Of a stretch of DNA of 64,000 nucleotides, positions 46,673 to 55,807 are shown piece by piece; position 1 is the stretch's first letter; every line of letters begins with the position of its first letter. Source of the DNA: Spirochaetia bacterium. GTDB lineage: Bacteria; Spirochaetota; Spirochaetia; SZUA-6; Bin103. The DNA is taken from contig CBDATQ010000001.1 in the NCBI GenBank assembly GCA_965199955.1, forward strand, positions 1,632,001 through 1,696,000. The letters run 5' to 3'. Below the pieces are notes generated by a model that searched no databases, was not told the DNA's origin, and worked only from the letters and a program-made list of their open reading frames with translations. Position numbers and translations under genes: made by a program.

Positions 46673-48046
46673 GTGCGCCGCCTGCTCATCCTGGCCGGGG
46701 GCGCCGGGATCGTCGTTCTGGTCGGCGCCTACCTGCTGCTGGCGAACCGGCCGGAGCCGGAGTACTCCGGTCCGGTCGCCTCCGACCGCCAGCAGCTCTC
46801 CGATGTCGACGAGGACCTGGTCGTGGCGATGGAGCTTGCCCCGCGCGGGGGCGAGACGCTCCTTCTGGAGCGCGAAGGCGCCGTCTGGCTGGTCCGCGAG
46901 CCGTATCCGTTCCGCTGGGACTGGCCGCGCCTGCAGGAGCTGCGCGCCAGCTTCGCCAGCCTGTTCGCACAGCGGCTGGTGGTCGAGGATCCCGAGGACC
47001 GCGCTCAATACGGCCTGGACCCGCCGGCGGTGGTGGCGAGCGCGCGGCTGGAGTCGGGTGAGACCTTCGAGTTCCACTTGGGTAACCGCACCTCCTCGGG
47101 CGAAGCCTATTTCCTGAGCTCGCGCGACGACCGCGCGGTGTTCACCGTGCACGCCGTGCACGGCAAGCGCTTCTCGTGGACGGTGGCCGACCTGCGCGAC
47201 CAGACCGTGCCGGCGCTGACCGCGGACCGGGTCAACCGCATCTGGTTCCGCGACGGCGACGACGAGATCGAGCTGGTCGCAGTGGGCGAGCAGGCGCGCT
47301 ACGCGCACATGGGCAGCGCACAGGTGATGCGCATCCCGTACCTGGCCCCGGCCGACGGGGAGCGGTTCGCGTCGATCGCGCGCCGGGTGGCGGAAATGAC
47401 CATCAGCGACGCCGTCGCCGACAGTCCGAGCGGTTACGCGGAGTTCGGCCTGGATCCCCCGCGCGGCGAGCTGCGGGTACGCGACTTCGAGGACGAGTTG
47501 CACCTGCTGCTCGGCGCCACCGTCGACGGGCAGGTCTACGTCAGGATGCCCGCCGCCAGAGGCGTGCACACGGTCCCGGCCGCCGCGCTCGACTTCCTCT
47601 CGCTGACTCCGTTCGAGCTGTCGGAACCGCGCGTGCTCAACGTCCCGGTCGAGCGCGTGAACTCGATCCAGTTCCGGATCGGCGGCGAGCGCGAGCACCG
47701 GATCGACCTGCGGCGCACCACGGACGACCTTGGCGCCGAGCAGGTCACCCTGGCGGTCGATGGCCGGCCCCTCGACCAGGACGCCTTCACGCTGCTCACC
47801 GAGGAGATCGCCAACCTGGCCGTGGACGCGCCCGCCCCGGGCGGGCGGGACGCTGCGGGCGGAGATCCGCTGCTGACCATCGCGTATCACCTGCGCGGCG
47901 GCGGCCGGTACACGCTGGAGGCGCGGTTTCTCCCCTATGACCAGGACTTCAATCTGTTCGTGATGGACGACAGCATCGACCTGCTGGTCGACAGCCGCGC
48001 GGTCGCCGCGCTGCTGGAGCGGATCGAGACGACGATTGCCGACTGA
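46673..48046 (+). CDS. Membrane-anchored DUF4340 domain protein
   Basis: N-terminal TM anchor; two repeats, YGLDPP..LGNRT and FGLDPP..LLLGA..YV. Confidence 0.75.
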   Translation: MRRLLILAGGAGIVVLVGAYLLLANRPEPEYSGPVASDRQQLSDVDEDLVVAMELAPRGGETLLLEREGAVWLVREPYPFRWDWPRLQELRASFASLFAQRLVVEDPEDRAQYGLDPPAVVASARLESGETFEFHLGNRTSSGEAYFLSSRDDRAVFTVHAVHGKRFSWTVADLRDQTVPALTADRVNRIWFRDGDDEIELVAVGEQARYAHMGSAQVMRIPYLAPADGERFASIARRVAEMTISDAVADSPSGYAEFGLDPPRGELRVRDFEDELHLLLGATVDGQVYVRMPAARGVHTVPAAALDFLSLTPFELSEPRVLNVPVERVNSIQFRIGGEREHRIDLRRTTDDLGAEQVTLAVDGRPLDQDAFTLLTEEIANLAVDAPAPGGRDAAGGDPLLTIAYHLRGGGRYTLEARFLPYDQDFNLFVMDDSIDLLVDSRAVAALLERIETTIAD

Positions 48047-48695
48047 CGCGCCGCCGGTGGTCCGTTACCGCCGCTCGTACCTGGAGGCGCAGGCGCGGCG
48101 CGCGCTGCACGGCCCCGCGGTCCGGGCGCTGGCGCTGCTCCTGTGGCTGACCTCCGCGGCGGCAAGCACCTACCTGCTCATGCAGGCGGTCAACCACCTG
48201 GAATGGGTGCGCGACTACTCCATGAAGGTGATCGTCGTGTCGTTTGCGACCGCGTTCCAGAATCGCTTTCTGTACGGATTCGTCCTGCCGTTCGCGGCCG
48301 GCGGGACCTGGCTGGCCTCGTTGCTGGTGCTCGCCAAGTACTACGAGGCATACGGCCTGCACACCCGCTGGTGGCGGCCGTGGACGGCCGCCACCCCGTT
48401 CCGGGAGCTGTCGCCGGGCTCGGGCGCCACCGTGCTGATCGGCCGCTTCCTGTTCGTGCTGGGCATCCAGGGCTGCACCGGGATCGCCGTGCTGGCTCTC
48501 CAGACGGTGCTGTTGCGGTCACCCGCAATCGGGTACGGCCCGCTGCTCGCGGCGGCGGCCGCCTGCGCGGCGGTGGGAACGGCGGCGTTCACGGCAGCAT
48601 TCCGGGTGCGCGCCCGGATCGCGACGGCGCTGGCCGTCCGCGAAGCCGCATTCGAGCGCGGCGCCTTCGTCAGCCGACCGCCGGACATCGGCTGA
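48036..48695 (+). CDS. Hypothetical membrane protein
   Basis: About four hydrophobic segments; overlaps the upstream stop. Confidence 0.6.
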   Translation: MPTDAPPVVRYRRSYLEAQARRALHGPAVRALALLLWLTSAAASTYLLMQAVNHLEWVRDYSMKVIVVSFATAFQNRFLYGFVLPFAAGGTWLASLLVLAKYYEAYGLHTRWWRPWTAATPFRELSPGSGATVLIGRFLFVLGIQGCTGIAVLALQTVLLRSPAIGYGPLLAAAAACAAVGTAAFTAAFRVRARIATALAVREAAFERGAFVSRPPDIG

Positions 48696-48835
48696 CGCCC
48701 TCTACCTCATTCGTCTGACGGACTTGCCGCTCGCGCCGCGCATCCATCAGACTCGTCCTCATCGAAGGCAACGCAGGGCTCAAGGACTACTACCGCCGGC
48801 TGCGCGCGGGCACGGACGAGGAGCGCCGCAAGGTC

Positions 48836-49792
48836 GTGGTCCTGCTGTTCGCGGTGGTCGCCCTGGTGGCGCTGATCGGCGTCTCGATCAGCTCGATCAG
48901 CGGCCTCAGCGCCGATGACGGCGGCGCGGTGCAGATGGTGCTGGTGCCACGGCTCGACTCCACCGCGTCGGAGGTGGCCGGCTTCATCCTGCTGGGCGCG
49001 GCCGTGGTCGCGGGCGGCTTCACCTTCGTCTACCTGCAGGAGCGCCTCCGCCGCCAGGCAGAGGCCGAGCGCGGGCTGCAGCGCACTCGCATCCCGCGCG
49101 CGGTCATCATGTTCATCACCGCCCCGCTGATCGTCGCGGCGCTGTTCGTCGTGTTCCTGTCGGTGGTCGTCGGGACCGGGCAGGACCGGCCGAGCTACGC
49201 GGAGGAGCTCACCGCCAAGATGGAGGAGGTCGACCGGCAGGCCGAGCGCGGCGAGCTGCTGACAGTCGAGGAGTACGAGCGCCAGCGGATCGCGCGCCAG
49301 CGCCGGCCGTTCATCCTGTTCGGGGTCATCGTCGCGCTGTTCGCGGCGGTGGCGGTCTTCGGCGGACGGCTGCTGCGCGAGGCTCCGGAGGCGCTGGAGG
49401 ACTCATCGCCGATCACGGAGGAGTTGCAGCGCGACCTTGCCCACGCCACCGGGCTGGCCATCGACGACATCGCCGCCGAGCCCGATCACCGGCGCGCGGT
49501 GGAGATGTGCTATGCGCGCGTGGGCGACGTGCTCGACGCGCACGGCTTCCCGCACCCTCTGCACCAGACGCCGCTGGAGTACATGCACGGCGTCCTGGAT
49601 GCCGGATCCGGGCTGCCGGGCCGCGAGCTGCTTGACCTCACCGGCCTGTTCGAGGTGGCAAAGTTCTCGACCCACCACATCGGCCCGGACCGGCGCGACC
49701 ACGCGCTCGACCTGCTGCGCTCCATCCACCGCTTCCTGCTCGAACAGTTGGCGCAGGCCGAGAGGGACGAGGCCGAGGCGGGCGCCACCTAG
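48836..49792 (+). CDS. DUF4129 domain membrane protein
   Basis: TM N-terminus; RRAVEMCY..G....HQTPLEY..LTGLFEVAKFS. Frame is open from 48719, so the start is uncertain. Confidence 0.75.
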   Translation: MVLLFAVVALVALIGVSISSISGLSADDGGAVQMVLVPRLDSTASEVAGFILLGAAVVAGGFTFVYLQERLRRQAEAERGLQRTRIPRAVIMFITAPLIVAALFVVFLSVVVGTGQDRPSYAEELTAKMEEVDRQAERGELLTVEEYERQRIARQRRPFILFGVIVALFAAVAVFGGRLLREAPEALEDSSPITEELQRDLAHATGLAIDDIAAEPDHRRAVEMCYARVGDVLDAHGFPHPLHQTPLEYMHGVLDAGSGLPGRELLDLTGLFEVAKFSTHHIGPDRRDHALDLLRSIHRFLLEQLAQAERDEAEAGAT

Positions 49793-49805
49793 CGAGCCGC
49801 CACCG

Positions 49806-50567
49806 TCAACGGCGCCGCCAGGGCGTCTCGGCGCCCCATTCGGGAAGCGACGGAACGCCGGGTGCGCCGACGCGCACCTCGCCGACGTCGCCGGACAGAA
49901 TCATGCCCTCACGCGATGAGATGGTGACCGTGCCGTCGATGTCGGCGAATCGCTGCCGGCCTTCACCGGCGTGCGCGCGTACGTCGCCGCGGCTGTCGGT
50001 GACGGTGATGTCCCCGGTACCGGCAGCGACGTGCACGTCGCCGGCGACGCGGCGGATCACCAGATCGCCGGCACCCGATACCAGGCGGACATCCGCGGAC
50101 GAGTCGGTGACGACGACCATTCCGCCCGCGGACTCGACATGGACGGCCGCTCGTTCCGTGGTGGTGCCGAGTCCGGTGACCAGCACGTCGCCGGTAGTGG
50201 TGCGGACGTAGACCTCGGCAGCATCAGGCACGGCGAGGGTCAACCGCGGACCCCAGAGGACGGAGTAGCCGGAGACGGGCCGGCCGTTGACCGCAAAGCC
50301 GACGCTCGCGCGGCCTTCTTCGACCGCGATCTGGAGCTCGAAGTCGTTGCGCTCAAGAAACTTGCTCGACACCACCGCGCGCGCCGCGATGCCGTCGGCG
50401 GCGATGCCGTCGACGTCGACGTCCAGGTAGCGGCCCTCGACGACGACCCGCCCGATCGGTCCGGGATGGCGGACCGACTGCTCGACCGCCTTGCCTTCCA
50501 GGAAGCCCGCGGCAAAGCCGAGCGGGGCCGCGCCGACCAGGAGCGCGAGCAGTGCGGGCGAGCGCAT
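49806..50567 (-). CDS. DUF4097 beta-strand-repeat (putative adhesin-like) protein
   Basis: Signal peptide; repeats TTTGDV, SAGGMV, SGAGDL, AGTGDI. Confidence 0.7.
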   Translation of the reverse strand: MRSPALLALLVGAAPLGFAAGFLEGKAVEQSVRHPGPIGRVVVEGRYLDVDVDGIAADGIAARAVVSSKFLERNDFELQIAVEEGRASVGFAVNGRPVSGYSVLWGPRLTLAVPDAAEVYVRTTTGDVLVTGLGTTTERAAVHVESAGGMVVVTDSSADVRLVSGAGDLVIRRVAGDVHVAAGTGDITVTDSRGDVRAHAGEGRQRFADIDGTVTISSREGMILSGDVGEVRVGAPGVPSLPEWGAETPWRRR

Positions 50568-50659
50568 GGGACCGGATCGTAGTGCCATCCGGCGGCGTCA
50601 GAAAGCCGCTCCGGTTTGACCGGAGTTGGGCGGCGGTGCTCTAATCCGTGCCGACGCCG

Positions 50660-51868
50660 ATGGCCGAACCCACCCTGAGCGACGCTCCCGAGAGCGTCGC
50701 CGAAGATGTCGCCAAACAGCGTGCGGTCGGCGTCTTTCGCCGCAAGCAGCTCACCGAGGCCGAGCGGCGTGAGGCGTACTTCACCGCGACCCAGTGGCGG
50801 CTCATCCGGCTGAAGTTCCGCTCGCACCGCTGGGCGATGTGGGGCCTGGGTGTCATCGCCGTCTTCTACTTCGTCGCCATCTTCAACGGCTTCTTCGCCA
50901 TGAACGACCCGATCGAGCGCAACACCGATATCCAGCTCCAGCCGTGGGTGTTCAGCGGCAAGGACGTGTCGTTCAGCCTGTTCGACGAGGAGCGCAACTT
51001 CCGTCCGGTGGTCTACCAGGTGACCAGCAAGCTCGACTTTGAGCTCTTCAAGCGCGTGTACGTGCGCGTGGAGGGGTCGGAGCGGCCGCTGCGGCTGTTC
51101 GTGCGCGGCTATCCCTACAAACTGTTATTCTTCATCGACGCCGACCTGCACCTGCTCGGCACCGGCGACCCGGACGTCCGCTGGTACCCGCTCGGCACCG
51201 ACCAGAGCGGCCGCTGCCTGTACTCGCGCATGGTGCACGGCTCCGTCCTGTCGCTGTCGATCGGCATCATGTCGATCATCATCACCTGGGTGCTGGGCAT
51301 CCTGATCGGGTCCATCGCCGGCTACTTCGGCGGCGTGGTCGACAACGTCATCAACCGCTTCATCGAGGTGCTGATGTCTGTCCCGTCGCTGCCGTTGTGG
51401 ATCGCACTCGCCGCGGCGCTGCCGCTGGAGTGGAGCATCGTCCAGGTCTACTTCTCGATCACGGTGGTCCTGTCGATTCTCGGCTGGACCGGGCTGGCGC
51501 GCACCGTGCGCAGCAAGTTCCTGGCGCTGCGCGAGGAGGAGTACGTGCTGGCGGCCAAGCTGGACGGGGCGCCGCTGCGCCGCCAGTTGTTCCGGCACAT
51601 GCTGCCGGCGTTCGCCAGCCACCTGATCGTCAACGCTTCCAACCTCATTCCTGGGATGATCCTGGGCGAGACGGCGCTCAGCTTCCTGGGCGTCGGGCTG
51701 CGTCCGCCGGCGGTCAGTTGGGGCGTGCTGCTGCAGGGTGCGCAGAACGTTGAGTCGGTCGCGCTCCATCCCTGGCTGCTGCTGCCGGCACTGCTGGTCA
51801 TCTTCAGCGTGGTGGCGTTCCAGTTCATGGGCGACGGCCTGCGCGACGCCGTCGATCCGTACCGGTAG
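50660..51868 (+). CDS. ABC permease, OppC/DppC-like
   Basis: LGTDQSGR, LREEEYVLAAKLDGA, ETALSFLGVG..PPAVSWG, GDGLRDAVDP. Confidence 0.92.
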   Translation: MAEPTLSDAPESVAEDVAKQRAVGVFRRKQLTEAERREAYFTATQWRLIRLKFRSHRWAMWGLGVIAVFYFVAIFNGFFAMNDPIERNTDIQLQPWVFSGKDVSFSLFDEERNFRPVVYQVTSKLDFELFKRVYVRVEGSERPLRLFVRGYPYKLLFFIDADLHLLGTGDPDVRWYPLGTDQSGRCLYSRMVHGSVLSLSIGIMSIIITWVLGILIGSIAGYFGGVVDNVINRFIEVLMSVPSLPLWIALAAALPLEWSIVQVYFSITVVLSILGWTGLARTVRSKFLALREEEYVLAAKLDGAPLRRQLFRHMLPAFASHLIVNASNLIPGMILGETALSFLGVGLRPPAVSWGVLLQGAQNVESVALHPWLLLPALLVIFSVVAFQFMGDGLRDAVDPYR

Positions 51869-51882
51869 GTCGGGGGACGGAC

Positions 51883-52878
51883 ATGCTGGGGTACATCATC
51901 CGCCGGGTCGCGATCATGATCCCGACGCTGATCCTGATCTCCATGCTCTCCTTCCTCGTGGTGGAGCTGCCTCCCGGAGACATGGCCAGCGCCTACGTGT
52001 CCCGGCTGGAGCGCATGGGCGAGGAGTTCCGCGGCGACGCGACCGAGATGCTGGAGGCGCTGCGGCGGCGCTTCGGCTACGGCGAGCCGGTTCACGTGCG
52101 CTACGTGAAGTGGGCGCGCGACTTTCTGCGCGGAAGCTGGGGGCACTCCTTCTACTGGGACCTGCCGGTGCGCGCGGTGATCCAGGATCGCATCCTGACG
52201 ACGGTCGCGATCGCGTTCCTGACCATGCTGATCGGCACAGCCGTGAGCTGGCCGGCAGGGGTGGGCGCCGCGATCCGCCAGTACTCCCTGTTCGACAACG
52301 TGTTCAGCTTCATCGCCTTCTTCATGATGGCGGTGCCCAACTTCCTGTTCGCCCTGGTGCTGATGTACCTGTCGTTCGAGCTGATCGACTTCGTGCCGGG
52401 CGGACTGTTCTCGGCCGACATGATCGACCAGCCCTGGAGTTGGAAGAAGTTCCTGGACCTGCTGGCGCACCTCTGGATGCCGCTGGTAATCCTGGGCTTC
52501 GAGTCGATCGGCGGTGGGGTGCGCACCATCCGCGCCAACGTGCTGGACCAGGTTCGCCAGCCCTACGTGACCACCGCGCGCGCCAAGGGCGTGCCGGAGA
52601 CGCGGCTGTTGATCAAGTACCCGATCCGGATGGCGGCCAACCCGTGGATCTCCAGCATCGGCTGGCTGCTGCCGGCCCTGCTGAGCGGCGAGGTGCTGGT
52701 GTCGACCGTCCTGAACATACCCACCATCGGCCCGCTGATGCTGCAGGGGGCGATGAACCAGGACACGCAGGTGGCGGGCGCCATCGTCATGCTGCTGTCG
52801 ACGCTGACCGTGATCGGCACGCTGATCTCCGACCTGCTGCTCGGCGTGCTCGACCCCCGCATTCGGGTCGCCGAGTAA
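51883..52878 (+). CDS. ABC permease, OppB/DppB-like
   Basis: YIIRR, LPPGD, YVTTARAKG, LLDPRIR-type C-terminus. Confidence 0.92.
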   Translation: MLGYIIRRVAIMIPTLILISMLSFLVVELPPGDMASAYVSRLERMGEEFRGDATEMLEALRRRFGYGEPVHVRYVKWARDFLRGSWGHSFYWDLPVRAVIQDRILTTVAIAFLTMLIGTAVSWPAGVGAAIRQYSLFDNVFSFIAFFMMAVPNFLFALVLMYLSFELIDFVPGGLFSADMIDQPWSWKKFLDLLAHLWMPLVILGFESIGGGVRTIRANVLDQVRQPYVTTARAKGVPETRLLIKYPIRMAANPWISSIGWLLPALLSGEVLVSTVLNIPTIGPLMLQGAMNQDTQVAGAIVMLLSTLTVIGTLISDLLLGVLDPRIRVAE

Positions 52879-52920
52879 GGGGGCAGCCGATCCGAGGGGT
52901 TGCCGCCGGGCGTCGATTCT

Positions 52921-52949
52921 GATTGGATCACGCAATCTAACATCCAATC
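52921..52949. promoter_or_regulatory. Inverted repeat GATTGGAT-13 nt-ATCCAATC upstream of the SBP
   Basis: Perfect 8-bp AT-rich inverted repeat in a GC-rich background, just before the RBS. Confidence 0.45.
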
Positions 52950-52967
52950 GGGAGAGAGGAGAGAATC

Positions 52968-54845
52968 GTGCAAAGAGCCACAGCACTGATGGTGGCCGGG
53001 CTGCTGATCGTCGGCGGCGGCACCGCCATCGGACAATACAAGGAAGCGCCTTGGCATGCCGAGCAGGTCGCCCGCGGCGAGCTGCCGCCGGTGGAGGAAC
53101 GGCTGCCGAACGAGCCGTTCGTGTACGTGAACGGCGGCGACATGCGCATGGTCGAGGTCGGCCGCTACACTGACGCTTGGTCGACCGGCGACTCGCCGGA
53201 CCAGGCCAACATCCAGGGACCGACCGACTACACGTTGCCCCTGACGCGCGAGAACAACCCGTACGGGCTGCAGGGCATGGAGTCGAGCGACGACTTCACG
53301 GTCTGGACGTTCTACTTCCGCGAGGGCATGAAGTTCTCCGACGGGTCGCCGTTCACCGTGCATGACGTGCTGTTCTGGTGGAACGACCTGCAGCTCAACG
53401 ACCTGTACATGGAGGCCATAGGGGCCGCGGCCCCGCATCAGGGCATCATGCCGGGATCGGTGGTGGAGGCGATCGACGACTACACCATGCGCGTCACGCT
53501 GCAAGAACCGTCCCCGAACTACCACCTGATCCTGACCGGGGATCGCGCCGAGCGCCACTTCCTGGCGCAGAGCAAGGCGTATCTCAGCCAGTTCCACCCG
53601 GACTACACCGACGCGGCCACCCTGGCGGCCCGCGTGGCGGAGTCGCCGTTCGAGAATTGGCAGAAGTTGCTGGACTGGGCACGGGACGGGACGATCAACG
53701 CCAATCCGGACGCGCCTCAGCTTGCGCCGTTCGTCGTGCACACGCCGCCGCCGGCAGATCCCACCGAGTACATCGCCAACCCGTACTGGTGGGCGGTCGA
53801 CGAGGCCAATCAGCAGCTTCCCTACATCCGCGGAAACCGCGTGTTCCTGGTCGCGGACGCGGAGGCGCGCAAGCTGCGCGCGCTGCAGGGACAGAGCTGG
53901 ATCGCGACCGTCCCGCTGGACAGCCTGGAGTTGGCCAAGCGCGCGCATGACGAAGGCAAGGTGCGCATGGAGCTGGTGGCGCGTCCCGGCGCCGCCTACA
54001 GCTCGAACCTGACCTTCTTCAACATGGACACGAAGGACGAGTTCAAGCGCAACCTGTTCCGGGACAAGCGGTTCCGGCAGGCGTGGTCGTACTTCGTCCC
54101 GCGCCAGAAGCTCAACGACATCCTGTACGCCGGCCAGGCGCCCCTCAAGGTGCAGGGCATCATCAAGCCGGACCACCCGTGGTTCGTGCCGGAAGCGCTG
54201 TCGACGCCGCTGCTCAACAACGACTTGGACGCGGCCAACCAGCTCCTGGACGAGATCGGGCTGACCAACAAGGATGACGACGGGTTCCGGCTGGGGCCGG
54301 ACGGCAAGCCGATCACCTTCCTGATCACCACCGAGCCGCACGCCGGCGAGTGGGAGATCGCCGGACAGTTGCTGGCCGAGGAGCTGCCGAAGATCGGCCT
54401 GATGGGCAACCACCGCGTCGTCGGCTGGGAGCAGTCCGGCGACTTCGCGGCCACCAACGAGTGGGAGATCTGGCAGCAGCAGAGCGCCGACGCCTGGGAC
54501 AACCAGGTGCCGGACCGCCTGTCGAGCGCCTCTCCGTCCTCGAACTTCGGCCGCCCGTGGGCGAAGGGCTGGCAGGCGTGGCTGCGCACCGACGGCGCCG
54601 AGGGCGAGGAGCCGCCGCAGCGCATCAAGGACAACCACGAGGTGTGGAAGCAGATCCAGGCCGCCGCCACCGCCGAGGAGCTGGGGGAGGCGTACAAGGA
54701 ATGGCAGCGCCGCGCGATCGAGGACGTCTGGTCGGTTGGCTGGACGGCGTTCGCGCCGCGCATCTTCCTGGTGAACCCCAAGCTGGGCAACTTCAACGCC
54801 AGGTGGAACGTCGCCCCGAAGCCCGCGGTCTTCCTGAAGGAGTAG
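52968..54845 (+). CDS. ABC transporter substrate-binding protein, family 5
   Basis: LPPVEERLP, WTFYFREGMKFSDG, QQLPYI, DGFRLGPDG; paralog of 28218. Confidence 0.92.
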   Translation: MQRATALMVAGLLIVGGGTAIGQYKEAPWHAEQVARGELPPVEERLPNEPFVYVNGGDMRMVEVGRYTDAWSTGDSPDQANIQGPTDYTLPLTRENNPYGLQGMESSDDFTVWTFYFREGMKFSDGSPFTVHDVLFWWNDLQLNDLYMEAIGAAAPHQGIMPGSVVEAIDDYTMRVTLQEPSPNYHLILTGDRAERHFLAQSKAYLSQFHPDYTDAATLAARVAESPFENWQKLLDWARDGTINANPDAPQLAPFVVHTPPPADPTEYIANPYWWAVDEANQQLPYIRGNRVFLVADAEARKLRALQGQSWIATVPLDSLELAKRAHDEGKVRMELVARPGAAYSSNLTFFNMDTKDEFKRNLFRDKRFRQAWSYFVPRQKLNDILYAGQAPLKVQGIIKPDHPWFVPEALSTPLLNNDLDAANQLLDEIGLTNKDDDGFRLGPDGKPITFLITTEPHAGEWEIAGQLLAEELPKIGLMGNHRVVGWEQSGDFAATNEWEIWQQQSADAWDNQVPDRLSSASPSSNFGRPWAKGWQAWLRTDGAEGEEPPQRIKDNHEVWKQIQAAATAEELGEAYKEWQRRAIEDVWSVGWTAFAPRIFLVNPKLGNFNARWNVAPKPAVFLKE

Positions 54846-54881
54846 CCGGGCGGGGCCGCTTTCAAGCGGTACGTGATGCAG

Positions 54882-54910
54882 GAGGCCGCACCCTGACAGG
54901 GTGCGGCCTC
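54882..54910. terminator. Perfect inverted repeat between convergent genes (probable bidirectional terminator)
   Basis: GAGGCCGCACCCTG-A-CAGGGTGCGGCCTC. Confidence 0.75.
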
Positions 54911-54931
54911 TTCACGTACGGGGCCTCGGAT

Positions 54932-55714
54932 TCAGATTGCGCGAAGCGCGGGGGACCAGTGCTCCCACATGTCTGCACACGGCGGCTGGCCTTGCACCTC
55001 TTCCAGGTCCCGCTTCTTGTAGTCGTAGAGGACGGCTTGGCGGATGCGGCCGGTGTAGTTGTGGCCCGCCATGTGGCCCAGCCGGTGGTGCCAGAAGACG
55101 ATGTCGCCGGCCTCGCCGTGACAGTCGACGGGGCCGTCCAGGTTGACCTCGTCCAGGACCTTTTCCTGCGCCGGGGTGGTGTCGCTCTGGTAGCCGGTCG
55201 TGAACGTGTGATAGAAGCGCCGGTGGCTGCCGGGCCACACGCAGAAGCCGCCGCCGTCGGGGCCCACGTCGTCGATGTAGCCGACCACCCCCAAGTGGAA
55301 CGCGTGGCCGTCGCAGTGGCAGCCGACCGGCGGACGCGGCCGGTCGCCGAACGGCAGCGTGCAGTAGATGCCGCGGATGCGGTCGGGCTCCTGCAGCTCG
55401 CCGGGTCCGAGCATCTGCTCCGCCATGGCGAAGATCGCCGGATCGGTGGCTAGCATGCGGATGATCCAGGGCTCGGAGCCGATGCGCCGGTACTGCCAGC
55501 GGTACTCCTTGCGGTGGTTGTCCGGATCGGGCGAATGGTCCGCTTCCGGCAGCGGCCCCACCCAGGTTCGCGGGTCGTCGGGCTTCAGCGACGACGGCGG
55601 ATCGTCCCACAGGCGGCGGCGCGCCTCAGCCATCAGGCCTGGGTCCATCACCTTGCGCTTGATCAGGTACCCGTTGCGCTTGAAGAAGCGCAGTTCCTCG
55701 GTGGAGAGCGCCAT
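54932..55714 (-). CDS. PhyH-family dioxygenase
   Basis: LSTEELRFFKRNGYL, HCD, GGGFCVWPGSH, AGDIVFWHHRLGH. Confidence 0.85.
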   Translation of the reverse strand: MALSTEELRFFKRNGYLIKRKVMDPGLMAEARRRLWDDPPSSLKPDDPRTWVGPLPEADHSPDPDNHRKEYRWQYRRIGSEPWIIRMLATDPAIFAMAEQMLGPGELQEPDRIRGIYCTLPFGDRPRPPVGCHCDGHAFHLGVVGYIDDVGPDGGGFCVWPGSHRRFYHTFTTGYQSDTTPAQEKVLDEVNLDGPVDCHGEAGDIVFWHHRLGHMAGHNYTGRIRQAVLYDYKKRDLEEVQGQPPCADMWEHWSPALRAI

Positions 55715-55807
55715 CCTTCCGCAGCGTACCGGGTCCGCCGCGCCACGACAACGGGACGTGTGACGGCCTGCTTGCGGCCCGGACGCGGAGCCGACACAGT
55801 CGGGGCC

